From contig DASSQF010000150.1 in assembly GCA_035702685.1 (NCBI GenBank), positions 1 to 40,671 on the forward strand: DNA of 40,671 bases, in the 5' to 3' direction. Of this stretch, positions 9,480-18,842 are shown in pieces. The notes beneath the pieces are model-generated. The model did no database searches, was not told the origin of the DNA, and saw nothing but the letters and a program-made list of their open reading frames with translations. A program made the translations under genes and the position numbers. The stretch's first letter is position 1, and each line of letters begins with the position of its first letter. Origin of the DNA: Propionibacteriaceae bacterium (GTDB taxonomy: Bacteria; Actinomycetota; Actinomycetes; Propionibacteriales; Propionibacteriaceae).

Positions 9480-10382
9480 CTAGCTCCCGTCGGCCAGCAG
9501 CCGCTGCAGCGTCACTCGGCCCATCTCGGCCATGGGCGGGTTCGTGTCGGCGTAGTACCAGACCAGGCCCATCGCCTGCTCGAGCGCCCAGGCCCTGCCC
9601 CGCTCCCACTGCAGCTCCGAGCACTCCAGCGCGACTCGTAGGGCGTCCCGAGCCTCCGGACCGAGCAGGTGCCAGGCGCAGACGAGGTCGAGCGCCGGGT
9701 CGGCCGCACGGAAGCCGCCCCCGTCCAGCACGCCGACGAGGCGATCCCCCTCGACGAGCAGGTTGCCGGGGATGAGATCGGTGTGGCTCATGACGTCGGC
9801 GTCCTCTCGCGGCAACGTGCGCACCGTGGCCCACATCCGTCGTAGGGGACCGGTGTCGAACAGCCTGTCGCTCTCCGCGAAGCACTGCTGCATCCACTCG
9901 TCGTGGTCGATGAGGCTGCCGCCACGCCCGGTCCCGCTGAACCGCCTGCCCACGGTGTCGGTGCGCCTCAGTGCACGGATCAGCGTGGCCAGGTCGTACG
10001 CGACCGTGAGGGAACGCTCGCACGAGGTGGGCGTCGCCGTCGTGCCGTCGAGCCAGGTCTGCGCACTCCACGGCAGGGGGTAGCCATGGCCGGGATGACC
10101 CACGTGGACGGGCCGAGGAACGGGGAACGGGCTGACCCGGCGGAGCTCGGCCGCCGCCGCGGCTTCTCGCTCCAGCGTCGTCCGTGTCGAACCGGGGTCG
10201 TCCGCGCGCAGCGGGAACCTCGCGGTGAGCTCCTCGCCGATGCGGAACACCGCGTTGACGGTCCCGCCGCTCCCGATCGGCTGTACCGCCATCCGCGCCC
10301 ACTGAGGAAGCTCGTCGGCGACGAGCGCCGCCACCTGGCCCTCAGTGATGACGACCTCGTCGTCGTGCATCCGGCCGCCCAC
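9480..10382 (-). CDS. Aminoglycoside/choline-kinase-like phosphotransferase family protein
   Basis: 300 aa. Catalytic-loop motif HTDLIPGNLLV (HxDxxxxN) and VLDGGGF (DxG). Start is GTG 10382 or ATG 10370. Substrate unknown. Confidence 0.7.
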   Translation of the reverse strand: MGGRMHDDEVVITEGQVAALVADELPQWARMAVQPIGSGGTVNAVFRIGEELTARFPLRADDPGSTRTTLEREAAAAAELRRVSPFPVPRPVHVGHPGHGYPLPWSAQTWLDGTTATPTSCERSLTVAYDLATLIRALRRTDTVGRRFSGTGRGGSLIDHDEWMQQCFAESDRLFDTGPLRRMWATVRTLPREDADVMSHTDLIPGNLLVEGDRLVGVLDGGGFRAADPALDLVCAWHLLGPEARDALRVALECSELQWERGRAWALEQAMGLVWYYADTNPPMAEMGRVTLQRLLADGS

Positions 10383-10385
10383 GGG

Positions 10386-10808
10386 TCAGCCGGGGAGCGT
10401 GCTTCGCCGCAGCTGGCAGGTGATGCGAGCCGTGGTGAGGCGATGGCCCTCCTCGTCGGACACGACGATCTCGTACGTGACGGTGCGGCTTCCCAGATAC
10501 AGGGGGCGCGCGACACCCGTCACCCAGCCGGAGCGCGCCGACCGGTGGTGCGTCGCGTTGATGTCCACCCCCACCGGGACCAGGCCCCGGTCGCGCCCGT
10601 ACGCGTACGCCGCGATGGAGCCGAGCCCCTCGGCCAGCGCGCACGTCGCGCCCCCGTGCAGGATGCCGGCGATCTGGGTGTTGCCCTCGACGGGCATGCG
10701 CCCCCGGGTCTCCTCGGGCGACACCCTCTCGAGCACGACACCGAGGCGCGTCTCGAGCGCGCTGTCCATCGTCACGGCCCAGTCCGGGAGCTCGTTCGTC
10801 ACGCGCAC
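10386..10808 (-). CDS. PaaI-type hotdog-fold thioesterase
   Basis: 140 aa with GILHGGATCALAEGLGS and a hotdog-like C-terminal sheet. Its stop is 3 nt before the downstream phosphotransferase start, so an operon is probable. Start is GTG 10808 or ATG 10769. Confidence 0.75.
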   Translation of the reverse strand: MRVTNELPDWAVTMDSALETRLGVVLERVSPEETRGRMPVEGNTQIAGILHGGATCALAEGLGSIAAYAYGRDRGLVPVGVDINATHHRSARSGWVTGVARPLYLGSRTVTYEIVVSDEEGHRLTTARITCQLRRSTLPG

Positions 10809-10835
10809 ACTCTCGCAGACTCGTCCGCACGAGCC

Positions 10836-10858
10836 GTGTCAGTCCGGGCGGATAGAGT
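10836..10858 (+). promoter_or_regulatory. RecA-independent (PafBC-type) DNA-damage promoter box upstream of polA
   Basis: gTGTCAGtc-N8-TAGAGT, then 7 nt, then ATG 10866. The TGTC-to-TA offset is 16 nt, the same as at uvrB, uvrA and uvrC. Confidence 0.5.
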
Positions 10859-10865
10859 CACGGCC

Positions 10866-13580
10866 ATGCCGGACCAGGATCCCGAGAGGCCCCTGCTGCT
10901 GCTGATCGACGGCCACTCGATCGCGTACAGGGCCTTCTTCGCGCTGCCCGTCGAGAACTTCTCGACGACGACCGGGCAGCACACCAACGCCGTGTACGGG
11001 TTCACGTCGATGCTCATCAACGTGCTGAGGGACGAGCGGCCCACCCACCTGGCCGTGGCGTTCGACGTGTCCAGGCAGACGTTCCGCAGCGAGCTGTACC
11101 CCCAGTACAAGGGGAACCGCTCGACGTCCCCGCCCGAGTTCTCGGGCCAGGTGGCTCTCGTCAAGGAGGTCCTGGACGCGCTGAACGTGGTCCACCTCGA
11201 GCTCGACGGGTACGAGGCCGACGACATCATCGCCACCCTGGCGACGGAGGCGGTGGAGGACGGTCTCGACGTGCTCATCGTGACGGGGGACCGTGACGCG
11301 CTCCAGCTGGTGTCCGACCACGTCACCGTGCTCTACCCCCGCAAGGGGGTCTCGGACCTCGCGCGGATGACGCCCATGGCGGTGGAGGAGAAGTACTTCG
11401 TCACGCCCGAGCGCTATCCGGAGCTCGCCGCCCTCGTGGGGGAGTCGAGCGACAACCTGCCCGGGGTTCCGGGCGTGGGACCCAAGACCGCCGCGAAGTG
11501 GCTCGACATGTACGACGGGCTCGAGAACCTCGTGCGGCAGGCGGGCGACGTCCCCGGGAAGGCCGGGGAGTCCTTCCGGGAGCACCTCGAGGACGTCACG
11601 ACGAACCGACGCGTGAACGCCCTGCTGCGTGACCTGCGGCTCCCGTTCAGCACCGGCGACTTCGCGCGCCGCCACTGGGACCGCGACGCGGTGCACCGCC
11701 TCTTCGACGGCCTGGAGTTCCGCGTGCTGCGCGACAGGCTCTTCGAGGTCCTGCCCGCCGAGGAGGTCAGCGCCGAGGGCGGATTCGAGATCGCGGGCGA
11801 CCTGCTGGAGCCCGGCGCGGTACGGGCGTGGCTGGAGACGCACGGCACTGGCGTGCTCACGGGCATCGAGGCCGTGGGCCGCTGGGGCAGCGGCACCGGT
11901 GACCTCGTCGCCCTGGCGCTCGCGAGCGCCGACGGCGCGGCCGCGTACGTGGACGTGACGGAGCTGAGTCCCGACGACGACGCCGCGCTCGGCGCGTGGC
12001 TCTCGGACCCTGCGCACCCCAAGGCGATCCACGACGCGAAGGGGCCGCTCCTCGCCATGTGGGCGCGGGGCTGGGACCTCGACGGCCTGGTGAGCGACAC
12101 GCAGGTGGCGGCGTACCTGCTGCGCCCGGACCAGCGCACGTACGACCTCGGCGACCTGGCGCTGCGCCACCTCAAGCGGGAGCTCCGTGCCGAGGTGGGC
12201 GGCGGGCCCGCCGACGAGCGCGACGACCAGCTCATGCTCGACTTCGGCGACGAGGACTCCAGCGCTGTCGAGGTCGCACAGGCGGCGATGCTTCGGGCGC
12301 GGGCCGTCATCGACCTCGCGGAGGCGCTGCGGGTCGAGCTCGACGCGCACGGCGGCACGTCGCTCGTGCGTGATGTCGAGCTGCCACTGCTCAGGACCCT
12401 CGCGACGATGGAGCGCACCGGCATCGCCGTCGACACCGACCTCCTCGACGAGCTGTGGCGAGGCTTCGACGACCGTGTGTCCACCGCGGCAGCCGCGGCG
12501 TACGAGGTCATCGGCAAGCAGATCAACCTCGGTTCCCCGAAGCAGCTGCAGACCGTGCTGTTCGACGAGCTGCACATGCCGAAGACCCGCAAGCTCAAGA
12601 GTGGGTACACGACCGATGCGGACGCGCTCGAGGGGCTGTACGCGAAGACGGGCCACCCGTTCCTCGCGCACCTGCTGGAGCACCGCGACGCCATCCGGCT
12701 CCGGCAGACGGTGGAGGGCCTGCAGAAGTCCGTGGCCGACGACGGGCGCGTGCACACCACGTACGTGCAGACGATCGCCGCGACGGGCCGGCTGAGCTCG
12801 ACCGACCCGAACCTCCAGAACCTCCCTGTACGGACGGAGGCCGGGCGACGGATCCGGGAGGCGTTCGTCGTCGGGAAGGACTACGAGACGCTCATCACGG
12901 CCGACTACAGCCAGATCGAGATGCGGATCATGGCCCATGCGTCGCACGACGAGGGGCTCATCGAGGCGTTCCGGTCCGGCCGTGACTTCCACACCGTGAT
13001 GGCGGCGAGGGTCTTCGGCGTCGCGCCGGACGCCGTGTCCGTGACCGAGAGGGCGCGGATCAAGGCGATGAACTACGGGCTCGCGTACGGCCTGAGCGCC
13101 TTCGGCTTGTCCCAGCAGCTCGGCATCGAGACGTCCGAGGCACGAGTCCTCATGGACGAGTACTTCGAGCAGTTCGGCGGCGTGCGGGATTACCTGCACG
13201 GCATCGTGGACCAGGCCCGGAAGACGGGGTACACGGAGACGCTGCTGGGACGGCGGCGGTACCTCCCCGACCTCGGCTCGTCCAACAGGCAGCGCCGCGA
13301 GATGGCCGAGCGGATGGCGCTCAACGCGCCGATCCAGGGTTCGGCGGCCGACATCATCAAGGTCGCGATGCTGGACGTGGAGTCCGGGCTCGGGCAGGCG
13401 GGGCTGCGCAGCCGGATGCTGCTGCAGGTCCACGACGAGCTGGTGCTCGAGGTGGCGCCAGGGGAGCGGGAGCACGTCGAGGCGCTCCTGCGCGACAAGA
13501 TGGCGGGGGCGATGGCGCTGGACGTGCCGCTCGACGTGTCCGTGGGAGTGGGGCGGTCCTGGTACGACGCGGCGCACTGA
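10866..13580 (+). CDS. polA: DNA polymerase I
   Basis: The track ORF starts at 9903, but its first ~320 codons are antisense to two real genes. Recognisable Pol I begins at ATG 10866 (MPDQDPERPLLLLIDGHSIAYRAFFALP, 5'-nuclease domain). It ends with polymerase motifs (DYSQIEMRIMAH, QVHDELVLE). 904 aa. Confidence 0.95.
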   Translation: MPDQDPERPLLLLIDGHSIAYRAFFALPVENFSTTTGQHTNAVYGFTSMLINVLRDERPTHLAVAFDVSRQTFRSELYPQYKGNRSTSPPEFSGQVALVKEVLDALNVVHLELDGYEADDIIATLATEAVEDGLDVLIVTGDRDALQLVSDHVTVLYPRKGVSDLARMTPMAVEEKYFVTPERYPELAALVGESSDNLPGVPGVGPKTAAKWLDMYDGLENLVRQAGDVPGKAGESFREHLEDVTTNRRVNALLRDLRLPFSTGDFARRHWDRDAVHRLFDGLEFRVLRDRLFEVLPAEEVSAEGGFEIAGDLLEPGAVRAWLETHGTGVLTGIEAVGRWGSGTGDLVALALASADGAAAYVDVTELSPDDDAALGAWLSDPAHPKAIHDAKGPLLAMWARGWDLDGLVSDTQVAAYLLRPDQRTYDLGDLALRHLKRELRAEVGGGPADERDDQLMLDFGDEDSSAVEVAQAAMLRARAVIDLAEALRVELDAHGGTSLVRDVELPLLRTLATMERTGIAVDTDLLDELWRGFDDRVSTAAAAAYEVIGKQINLGSPKQLQTVLFDELHMPKTRKLKSGYTTDADALEGLYAKTGHPFLAHLLEHRDAIRLRQTVEGLQKSVADDGRVHTTYVQTIAATGRLSSTDPNLQNLPVRTEAGRRIREAFVVGKDYETLITADYSQIEMRIMAHASHDEGLIEAFRSGRDFHTVMAARVFGVAPDAVSVTERARIKAMNYGLAYGLSAFGLSQQLGIETSEARVLMDEYFEQFGGVRDYLHGIVDQARKTGYTETLLGRRRYLPDLGSSNRQRREMAERMALNAPIQGSAADIIKVAMLDVESGLGQAGLRSRMLLQVHDELVLEVAPGEREHVEALLRDKMAGAMALDVPLDVSVGVGRSWYDAAH

Positions 13581-14281
13581 TGCGCGACCTTGACGAGCTG
13601 CTCGCGGTGGACGACCCGGCGATGCTGGTCGTCCGGGAGTGGATCGACGCCGGCAGGGTCGAGGCTGCGCTCCTCCCGCCCGAACCGGGCCGGCGGGAGC
13701 GCTGCCTCGTCGGTCTCCAGGTCACGGTGCGGTCGGTGCTGGGCGCCCTCGCGTACGAGACCGGTGGCCTGCTCGTCGACCACGGCTGGCTCCGTCTCCT
13801 CGGTGGCGGGCACGGCACCCTGCCCTCCTTGTACGAGGCGGCGCAGGTCGACGACGCCAGATCGGCGAAGGGCCACCTCGTCCTCGGCTGGGACGTCGTC
13901 GGGGGCGTCTTCGCGCTGGACACCGGCGACCTGGGTCACTCGGGGCGGGTCTGCTACTACGCACCGGACTCCCTGCAGTGGGACGACCTCGGACTCGGGC
14001 ACGCCGAGTTCGTGGAGTGGGTCCTGTCGGGCGGTCTCTCAACGCTCGCCGAGGACCTGCGCTGGGAGGGATGGCGCGAGCAGGCGGCGGGTCTCCGCCT
14101 CGACGAGGCGTACCTCGTCGAGCCGCCGCTCTGGACGCGGGGCCGGCGGGAGACGACCGAGACCTCGCGGAGGCGGGTGCCCGTGGCCGAGCTTCTCGCC
14201 CACCAGGCACGGGCGGCGCGCGTGCCCCACCTCTCCCGAGGACACCGGCCCGGATTGACCACCCGTTTCGGGCACAGGTAG
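13580..14281 (+). CDS. Conserved hypothetical protein, DUF2625-like (family assignment from memory)
   Basis: 233 aa. The start ATG overlaps the polA stop (TGATG). Codon usage matches the neighbours. Sequence includes LQVTVRSVLGALAYETGGLLVDHGWLRLLGGG, VVGGVFALD, YYAPDSLQWDDLG and EPPLWT. Confidence 0.55.
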   Translation: MRDLDELLAVDDPAMLVVREWIDAGRVEAALLPPEPGRRERCLVGLQVTVRSVLGALAYETGGLLVDHGWLRLLGGGHGTLPSLYEAAQVDDARSAKGHLVLGWDVVGGVFALDTGDLGHSGRVCYYAPDSLQWDDLGLGHAEFVEWVLSGGLSTLAEDLRWEGWREQAAGLRLDEAYLVEPPLWTRGRRETTETSRRRVPVAELLAHQARAARVPHLSRGHRPGLTTRFGHR

Positions 14282-14417
14282 TCTTCCGGGTGCGCTGTGA
14301 CCTGCGCGGCTTCGGCATGGAGTAGGTCGCGCTCGTGATGGTCAGGTCTCGCACCCGCACTCGATCGAGGGTCGCGGCGTGCCACTACTCGCACCACCAT
14401 CAATGGAGCCCCACTAC

Positions 14418-15872
14418 ATGACCTCCACCTACGAGGCACCGCAGGTCGCCATCGACGACCTCGGTTCGCCCGAGGATTTCCTCGCCGCGGTAGACGCGAC
14501 CATCAAGTACTTCAACGACGGCGACATCGTCACCGGCACCGTCGTCAAGGTCGACCGGGACGAGGTCCTGCTCGACATCGGTTACAAGACCGAAGGTGTC
14601 ATCCCCTCCAAGGAGCTCTCCATCAAGCACGACGTCGACCCCTTCGAGGTCGTCTCCGTCGGCGATGAGATCGAGGCCCTCGTCCAGCAGAAGGAGGACA
14701 AGGAGGGTCGCCTGATCCTGTCCAAGAAGCGTGCGCAGTACGAGCGCGCCTGGGGCACGATCGAGAAGGTCAAGGAGGCCGACGGCGTCGTCACCGGCCG
14801 TGTCATCGAGGTCGTCAAGGGCGGCCTCATCATCGACATCGGCCTGCGTGGCTTCCTTCCCGCCTCCCTCGTCGAGATGCGTCGTGTCCGCGATCTCCAG
14901 CCGTACGTCGGCCAGGAGCTCGAGGCCAAGATCATCGAGCTCGACAAGAACCGCAACAACGTCGTCCTGTCGCGTCGTGCGTGGCTCGAGCAGACCCAGT
15001 CCGAGGTGCGCCAGAACTTCCTCACGCAGCTCAAGGCCGGCCAGATCCGCAAGGGCGTCGTGTCGAGCATCGTGAACTTCGGTGCGTTCGTCGACCTCGG
15101 CGGCGTCGACGGTCTCGTCCACGTCTCCGAGCTCAGCTGGAAGCACATCGACCACCCGTCCGAGGTCGTCGAGGTGGGCCAGGAGGTCACGGTCGAGGTC
15201 CTGACCGTCGAGCTCGACCGTGAGCGTGTCTCCCTGTCGCTCAAGGCGACGCAGGAGGACCCGTGGCAGACGTTCGCCCGGACGCACCAGATCGGCCAGA
15301 TCGTGCCGGGCAAGGTCACCAAGCTCGTGCCGTTCGGCTCGTTCGTACGGGTCGAGGAGGGCATCGAGGGCCTGGTCCACGTGTCCGAGCTCGCCGAGCG
15401 TCACGTCGAGATCCCGGAGCAGGTCGTCGCTGTCGGCGACGACGTCATGGTCAAGATCATCGACATCGACCTGCAGCGTCGCCGCATCTCGCTGTCGCTG
15501 AAGCAGGCCAACGAGGGCATCGACATCGCGGCGGACGACTTCGACCCGGCGCTGTACGGCATGACCGCCTCGTACGACGAGCAGGGCAACTACATCTACC
15601 CCGAGGGCTTCGATCCGGAGACCAACGAGTGGAAGCCCGGCTACGAGGAGCAGCAGCGGGCCTGGGAGCAGCAGTACGCCGAGGCGCACGCTCGCTGGGA
15701 GGCCCACAAGAAGCAGGCGGAGGAGGCCGAGCAGGCCGAGAGCAACGCGGCGGTCGGGTCCGGCTCGGGCACGTCCTACGCGGCCGGCTCGTCCGAGCCC
15801 GCCGAGGGGTCGCTCGCTTCCGACGAGGCGCTGCAGGCGCTTCGCGAGAAGCTGACCGGCGGCAACAGCTGA
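14418..15872 (+). CDS. rpsA: 30S ribosomal protein S1
   Basis: Repeated S1 OB-fold modules (GDIVTGTVVKVDRDEVLLDIGYKTEGVIP...) and an acidic tail. ATG 14418 preferred (GGAG about 9 nt upstream). In-frame ATG 14403 and GTG 14379 are possible. Confidence 0.95.
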   Translation: MTSTYEAPQVAIDDLGSPEDFLAAVDATIKYFNDGDIVTGTVVKVDRDEVLLDIGYKTEGVIPSKELSIKHDVDPFEVVSVGDEIEALVQQKEDKEGRLILSKKRAQYERAWGTIEKVKEADGVVTGRVIEVVKGGLIIDIGLRGFLPASLVEMRRVRDLQPYVGQELEAKIIELDKNRNNVVLSRRAWLEQTQSEVRQNFLTQLKAGQIRKGVVSSIVNFGAFVDLGGVDGLVHVSELSWKHIDHPSEVVEVGQEVTVEVLTVELDRERVSLSLKATQEDPWQTFARTHQIGQIVPGKVTKLVPFGSFVRVEEGIEGLVHVSELAERHVEIPEQVVAVGDDVMVKIIDIDLQRRRISLSLKQANEGIDIAADDFDPALYGMTASYDEQGNYIYPEGFDPETNEWKPGYEEQQRAWEQQYAEAHARWEAHKKQAEEAEQAESNAAVGSGSGTSYAAGSSEPAEGSLASDEALQALREKLTGGNS

Positions 15873-15880
15873 CCAGTCGC

Positions 15881-16555
15881 ATGACACGGACGGGCCCTCG
15901 CAGCAGCGGGGGCCCGTCTGTCGTTGTCGGGCTCACGGGAGGCATCGCGTCGGGCAAGAGCAGCGTGGCTGCGCTGCTCGCCGACCGAGGGGCCGTCGTC
16001 ATCGACGCGGACGTCCTCGCCCGTGAGGTCGTCGCGAAGGGCGAGCCCCTGCTCGACCGGGTCGCCCAGCAGTTCGGGACGGGTGTGCTGACCCCGGACG
16101 GGTCACTGGACCGCGCCGCGCTGGGCAGGATCGTCTTCGCGGACGAGAAGGCCCGCAAGGATCTCGAGGCCCTGGTCCACCCTGCTGTACGCCGCCGGGC
16201 GGAGGAGCTCGAGGCCGCGGCTCCGGACGGCTCGGTCGTCGTCCACGTCATCCCGCTCCTCGTCGAGACCGGGCAGGCGGACCGGTTCGACCTCGTCGTC
16301 GTCGTCGATGCCGACGAGACCACACAGCTGTCGCGCATCCGCGCCCGCGACGGCCTCGACGACGAGCAGGCCCGCGCCCGCATCGCTGCGCAGGCGAGCC
16401 GGGAGGCACGCCTGTCCGTCGCCGACGTCGTCGTCGACAACTCGGGCAGTCCCCAGGACCTCGAGGCTCAGGCCGACGTTCTCTGGCAGCGCCTCAGCGC
16501 CACCTCCGAGCCCCCCGCGCAGACCTCGTCGGAAACTGTCGGCGGCACCACGTAA
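15881..16555 (+). CDS. coaE: Dephospho-CoA kinase
   Basis: P-loop [15 protein letters not shown] at the N-terminus. 224 aa. ATG 15881 is 8 nt after the rpsA stop. The longer track ORF (from 15263) overlaps rpsA and is rejected. Confidence 0.9.
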   Translation: MTRTGPRSSGGPSVVVGLTGGIASGKSSVAALLADRGAVVIDADVLAREVVAKGEPLLDRVAQQFGTGVLTPDGSLDRAALGRIVFADEKARKDLEALVHPAVRRRAEELEAAAPDGSVVVHVIPLLVETGQADRFDLVVVVDADETTQLSRIRARDGLDDEQARARIAAQASREARLSVADVVVDNSGSPQDLEAQADVLWQRLSATSEPPAQTSSETVGGTT

Positions 16556-16558
16556 CCT
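16536..16558 (+). promoter_or_regulatory. RecA-independent (PafBC-type) DNA-damage promoter box upstream of uvrB
   Basis: cTGTCGGcg-N8-TAACCT, then 7 nt, then ATG 16566. The TAACCT hexamer contains the coaE stop codon TAA. Confidence 0.55.
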
Positions 16559-16565
16559 CACCTCT

Positions 16566-18659
16566 ATGCGTCCAGCAGACCAGGTCAGGCGGAGGGTGGC
16601 ACCGTTCCGCGTCCACGCCGACTTCGAGCCGGGGGGCGACCAGCCGGCTGCCATCGAGGAGCTTGAGCGCCGGATCCGGGCGGGTGAGAACGACGTCGTG
16701 CTCCTCGGCGCGACCGGTACGGGCAAGACGGCCACCATCGCCTGGCTCGCCGAGCGGCTGCAGCGCCCGATGCTCGTCATGCAGCCGAACAAGACGCTCG
16801 CCGCCCAGTTCGCCAACGAGCTGCGCCAGTTCTTCCCCGACAACGCGGTGGAGTACTTCGTCTCGTACTACGACTACTACCAGCCCGAGGCGTACATCCC
16901 GCAGACGGACACGTACATCGAGAAGGACTCCTCGCTCAACGAGGAGGTCGAGCGGCTGCGCCACAAGGCCACGTACTCGCTGCTCACGCGGCGCGACGTC
17001 ATCGTCGTCGCGAGCGTCTCGGCGATCTACGGGCTCGGCACCCCGCAGGAGTACGTGGACACGGCCGTGCGGCTCCGGGTCGGCGAGGAGCACGGACGCG
17101 ACGCTCTGCTGCACCAACTCGTCGACATCCAGTACGTGCGCAACGACGTCGCCGGCACGCGCGGCACCTTCCGTGTCCGCGGCGACACCGTCGAGGTCTT
17201 CCCCATGTACGAGGAGCTGGCCTGGCGCATCGAGTTCTTCGGCGACGAGATCGAGGCGCTCTCCACCCTCAACCCCGTGACCGGTGAGGTCGAGTCGACC
17301 GACCAGGAGCTCCTGGTCTTCCCGGCGACCCACTACTCAGCCGGCGCGCAGCGGATGGAGCGCGCCATCGCGACGATCGAGGCGGAGCTCGCGGAGCGGC
17401 TCGCCGAGCTGGAGGCCGACTCGCGCCTGCTCGAGGCGCAGCGGCTGCGGATGAGGACCACGTACGACATCGAGATGATGCGTCAGATCGGCAGCTGCTC
17501 GGGCATCGAGAACTACTCACGCCACATCGACGGGCGAGCGGCCGGGAGCGCGCCCAACTGCCTCCTGGACTACTTCCCGGAGGACTTCCTGCTCGTCATC
17601 GACGAGTCGCACGTCACCGTCCCGCAGATCGGCGGCATGTACGAGGGGGACATGTCCCGCAAGCGCATGCTCGTGGAGCACGGCTTCCGCCTCCCCAGCG
17701 CGATGGACAACCGGCCGCTGCGGTGGGAGGAGTTCGTCGAGCGGATCGGGCAGACGGTGTACCTCTCGGCGACGCCGGGCCCGTACGAGCTGGCCAAGTC
17801 CGAGGGGTACGTCGAGCAGCTCATCCGGCCGACCGGCCTCGTCGACCCCGAGATCATCCTGAAGCCCACCAAGGGGCAGATCGACGACCTCATGGGCGAG
17901 ATCCGCGCCCGGGCGGAGCGCGACGAGCGCGTCCTCGTGACGACGCTCACGAAGAAGATGGCTGAGGACCTCACGGACTACCTCCTCGGCAACGGAGTGC
18001 GGACTCGCTACCTCCACTCCGAGGTCGACACGCTGCGACGGATCGAGCTGCTGCGCGAGCTGCGGATGGGGGAGTACGACGTCCTCGTGGGCATCAACCT
18101 CCTGCGCGAGGGTCTCGACCTTCCCGAGGTGTCGCTCGTCGCGATCCTCGACGCCGACAAGGAGGGATTCCTGCGCAGCGGCCGCAGCCTGATCCAGACA
18201 ATCGGCCGGGCGGCGCGCAACGTCGGCGGCCAGGTCCACATGTACGCGGACGCCGTGACCCCGTCGATGCAGCAGGCCATCGACGAGACGAACCGGCGAC
18301 GGGAGAAGCAGGTCGCGTACAACCAGGCGCACGGGATCGACCCGCAGCCCCTCCGCAAGAAGATCGCCGACATCACCGAGATGCTGGCTCGTGAGGACGC
18401 GGACACCGACGGCCTCCTCACACGGAGCAGCGGCCGGGGCGGTCAGAGGCGGGCGCCGGTGCCGGCCCTGTCCGAGCGGGCGGCGAAACGCGACCTCAAG
18501 GGCCTTCCCGCGGGCGAGCTGGCGGACCTCGTCGCAGAGCTCACGGAGCAGATGCACGGCGCCGCGGCCGAGCTGCAGTTCGAGACCGCGGCCCGGCTGC
18601 GCGACGAGATCTCGGAGCTCAAGAAGGAGCTGCGGCAGATGCTGGAGGCGACGCGATGA
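16566..18659 (+). CDS. uvrB: Excinuclease ABC subunit B
   Basis: ATG 16566. [26 protein letters not shown], and a C-terminal UVR domain ([13 protein letters not shown]). 697 aa. Confidence 0.97.
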   Translation: MRPADQVRRRVAPFRVHADFEPGGDQPAAIEELERRIRAGENDVVLLGATGTGKTATIAWLAERLQRPMLVMQPNKTLAAQFANELRQFFPDNAVEYFVSYYDYYQPEAYIPQTDTYIEKDSSLNEEVERLRHKATYSLLTRRDVIVVASVSAIYGLGTPQEYVDTAVRLRVGEEHGRDALLHQLVDIQYVRNDVAGTRGTFRVRGDTVEVFPMYEELAWRIEFFGDEIEALSTLNPVTGEVESTDQELLVFPATHYSAGAQRMERAIATIEAELAERLAELEADSRLLEAQRLRMRTTYDIEMMRQIGSCSGIENYSRHIDGRAAGSAPNCLLDYFPEDFLLVIDESHVTVPQIGGMYEGDMSRKRMLVEHGFRLPSAMDNRPLRWEEFVERIGQTVYLSATPGPYELAKSEGYVEQLIRPTGLVDPEIILKPTKGQIDDLMGEIRARAERDERVLVTTLTKKMAEDLTDYLLGNGVRTRYLHSEVDTLRRIELLRELRMGEYDVLVGINLLREGLDLPEVSLVAILDADKEGFLRSGRSLIQTIGRAARNVGGQVHMYADAVTPSMQQAIDETNRRREKQVAYNQAHGIDPQPLRKKIADITEMLAREDADTDGLLTRSSGRGGQRRAPVPALSERAAKRDLKGLPAGELADLVAELTEQMHGAAAELQFETAARLRDEISELKKELRQMLEATR

Positions 18660-18704
18660 GACCTCAGGGACGGAGGCCGACGGGTCGCGGGCTAGACTGA
18701 GCGA

Positions 18705-18840
18705 CGCTCAAGGAGGGGAGTACTCCCAGCGGCGGGCGCGTCGTCAACACACCGCGTGAAGCGGTCGGCGGCCCGGTCGGGATTTCCCGATGGACGAGAC
18801 CTCCCGGAGCCGATCCGGTTCGCCCCTGAAAGGTCTCCTT
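18705..18840 (+). promoter_or_regulatory. yybP-ykoY (Mn2+) riboswitch in the terC leader
   Basis: The two hallmark conserved segments are present in order: GGGGAGTA (18715-18722) and GTCAACACA (18742-18750). The 3' element GACGAGACCTCC follows. GGAGG (18712-18716) can close a P1 helix with CCTCC (18800-18804). A TerC-family gene downstream is the classic genomic context. Confidence 0.65.
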
Positions 18841-18842
18841 GA

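Noticed and set aside
9955-9963. Additional good matches to the 9-mer of the damage box without a -10 partner. Examples are GTGTCGGTG at 9955-9963, TTGTCGGAG at 20441-20449, TTGTCGGGC at about 15917-15925, and gTGTCGGca at about 3161-3169 upstream of sepF.
   Set aside because: None is followed by TAnnnT at the 16-nt offset. Most are inside or antisense to coding sequence, and TGTCGG alone is common in GC-rich DNA.
9903-10865. N-terminal extensions of real genes in the ORF track: polA from 9903, uvrC from 23687, coaE from 15263, uvrB from 16308, pgl to 34427, ctaB to 37653, and the Rieske gene to 24231.
   Set aside because: The extensions overlap neighbouring genes in other frames or strands and lack homology-like sequence. 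Recognisable N-termini with an SD or a -10 hexamer occur at the internal starts listed in the features.
14288-14356. Long-range imperfect stem in the rpsA leader (GGGTGCG 14288-14294 with CGCACCC 14350-14356, plus inner TGACC/GGTCA and GCGCG/CGCGC pairings), considered as a possible S1 autoregulatory structure.
   Set aside because: The helices are short and interrupted by large asymmetric loops. Structures of this quality arise easily in GC-rich sequence. I know of no described actinobacterial rpsA leader motif, and I cannot test covariation here.
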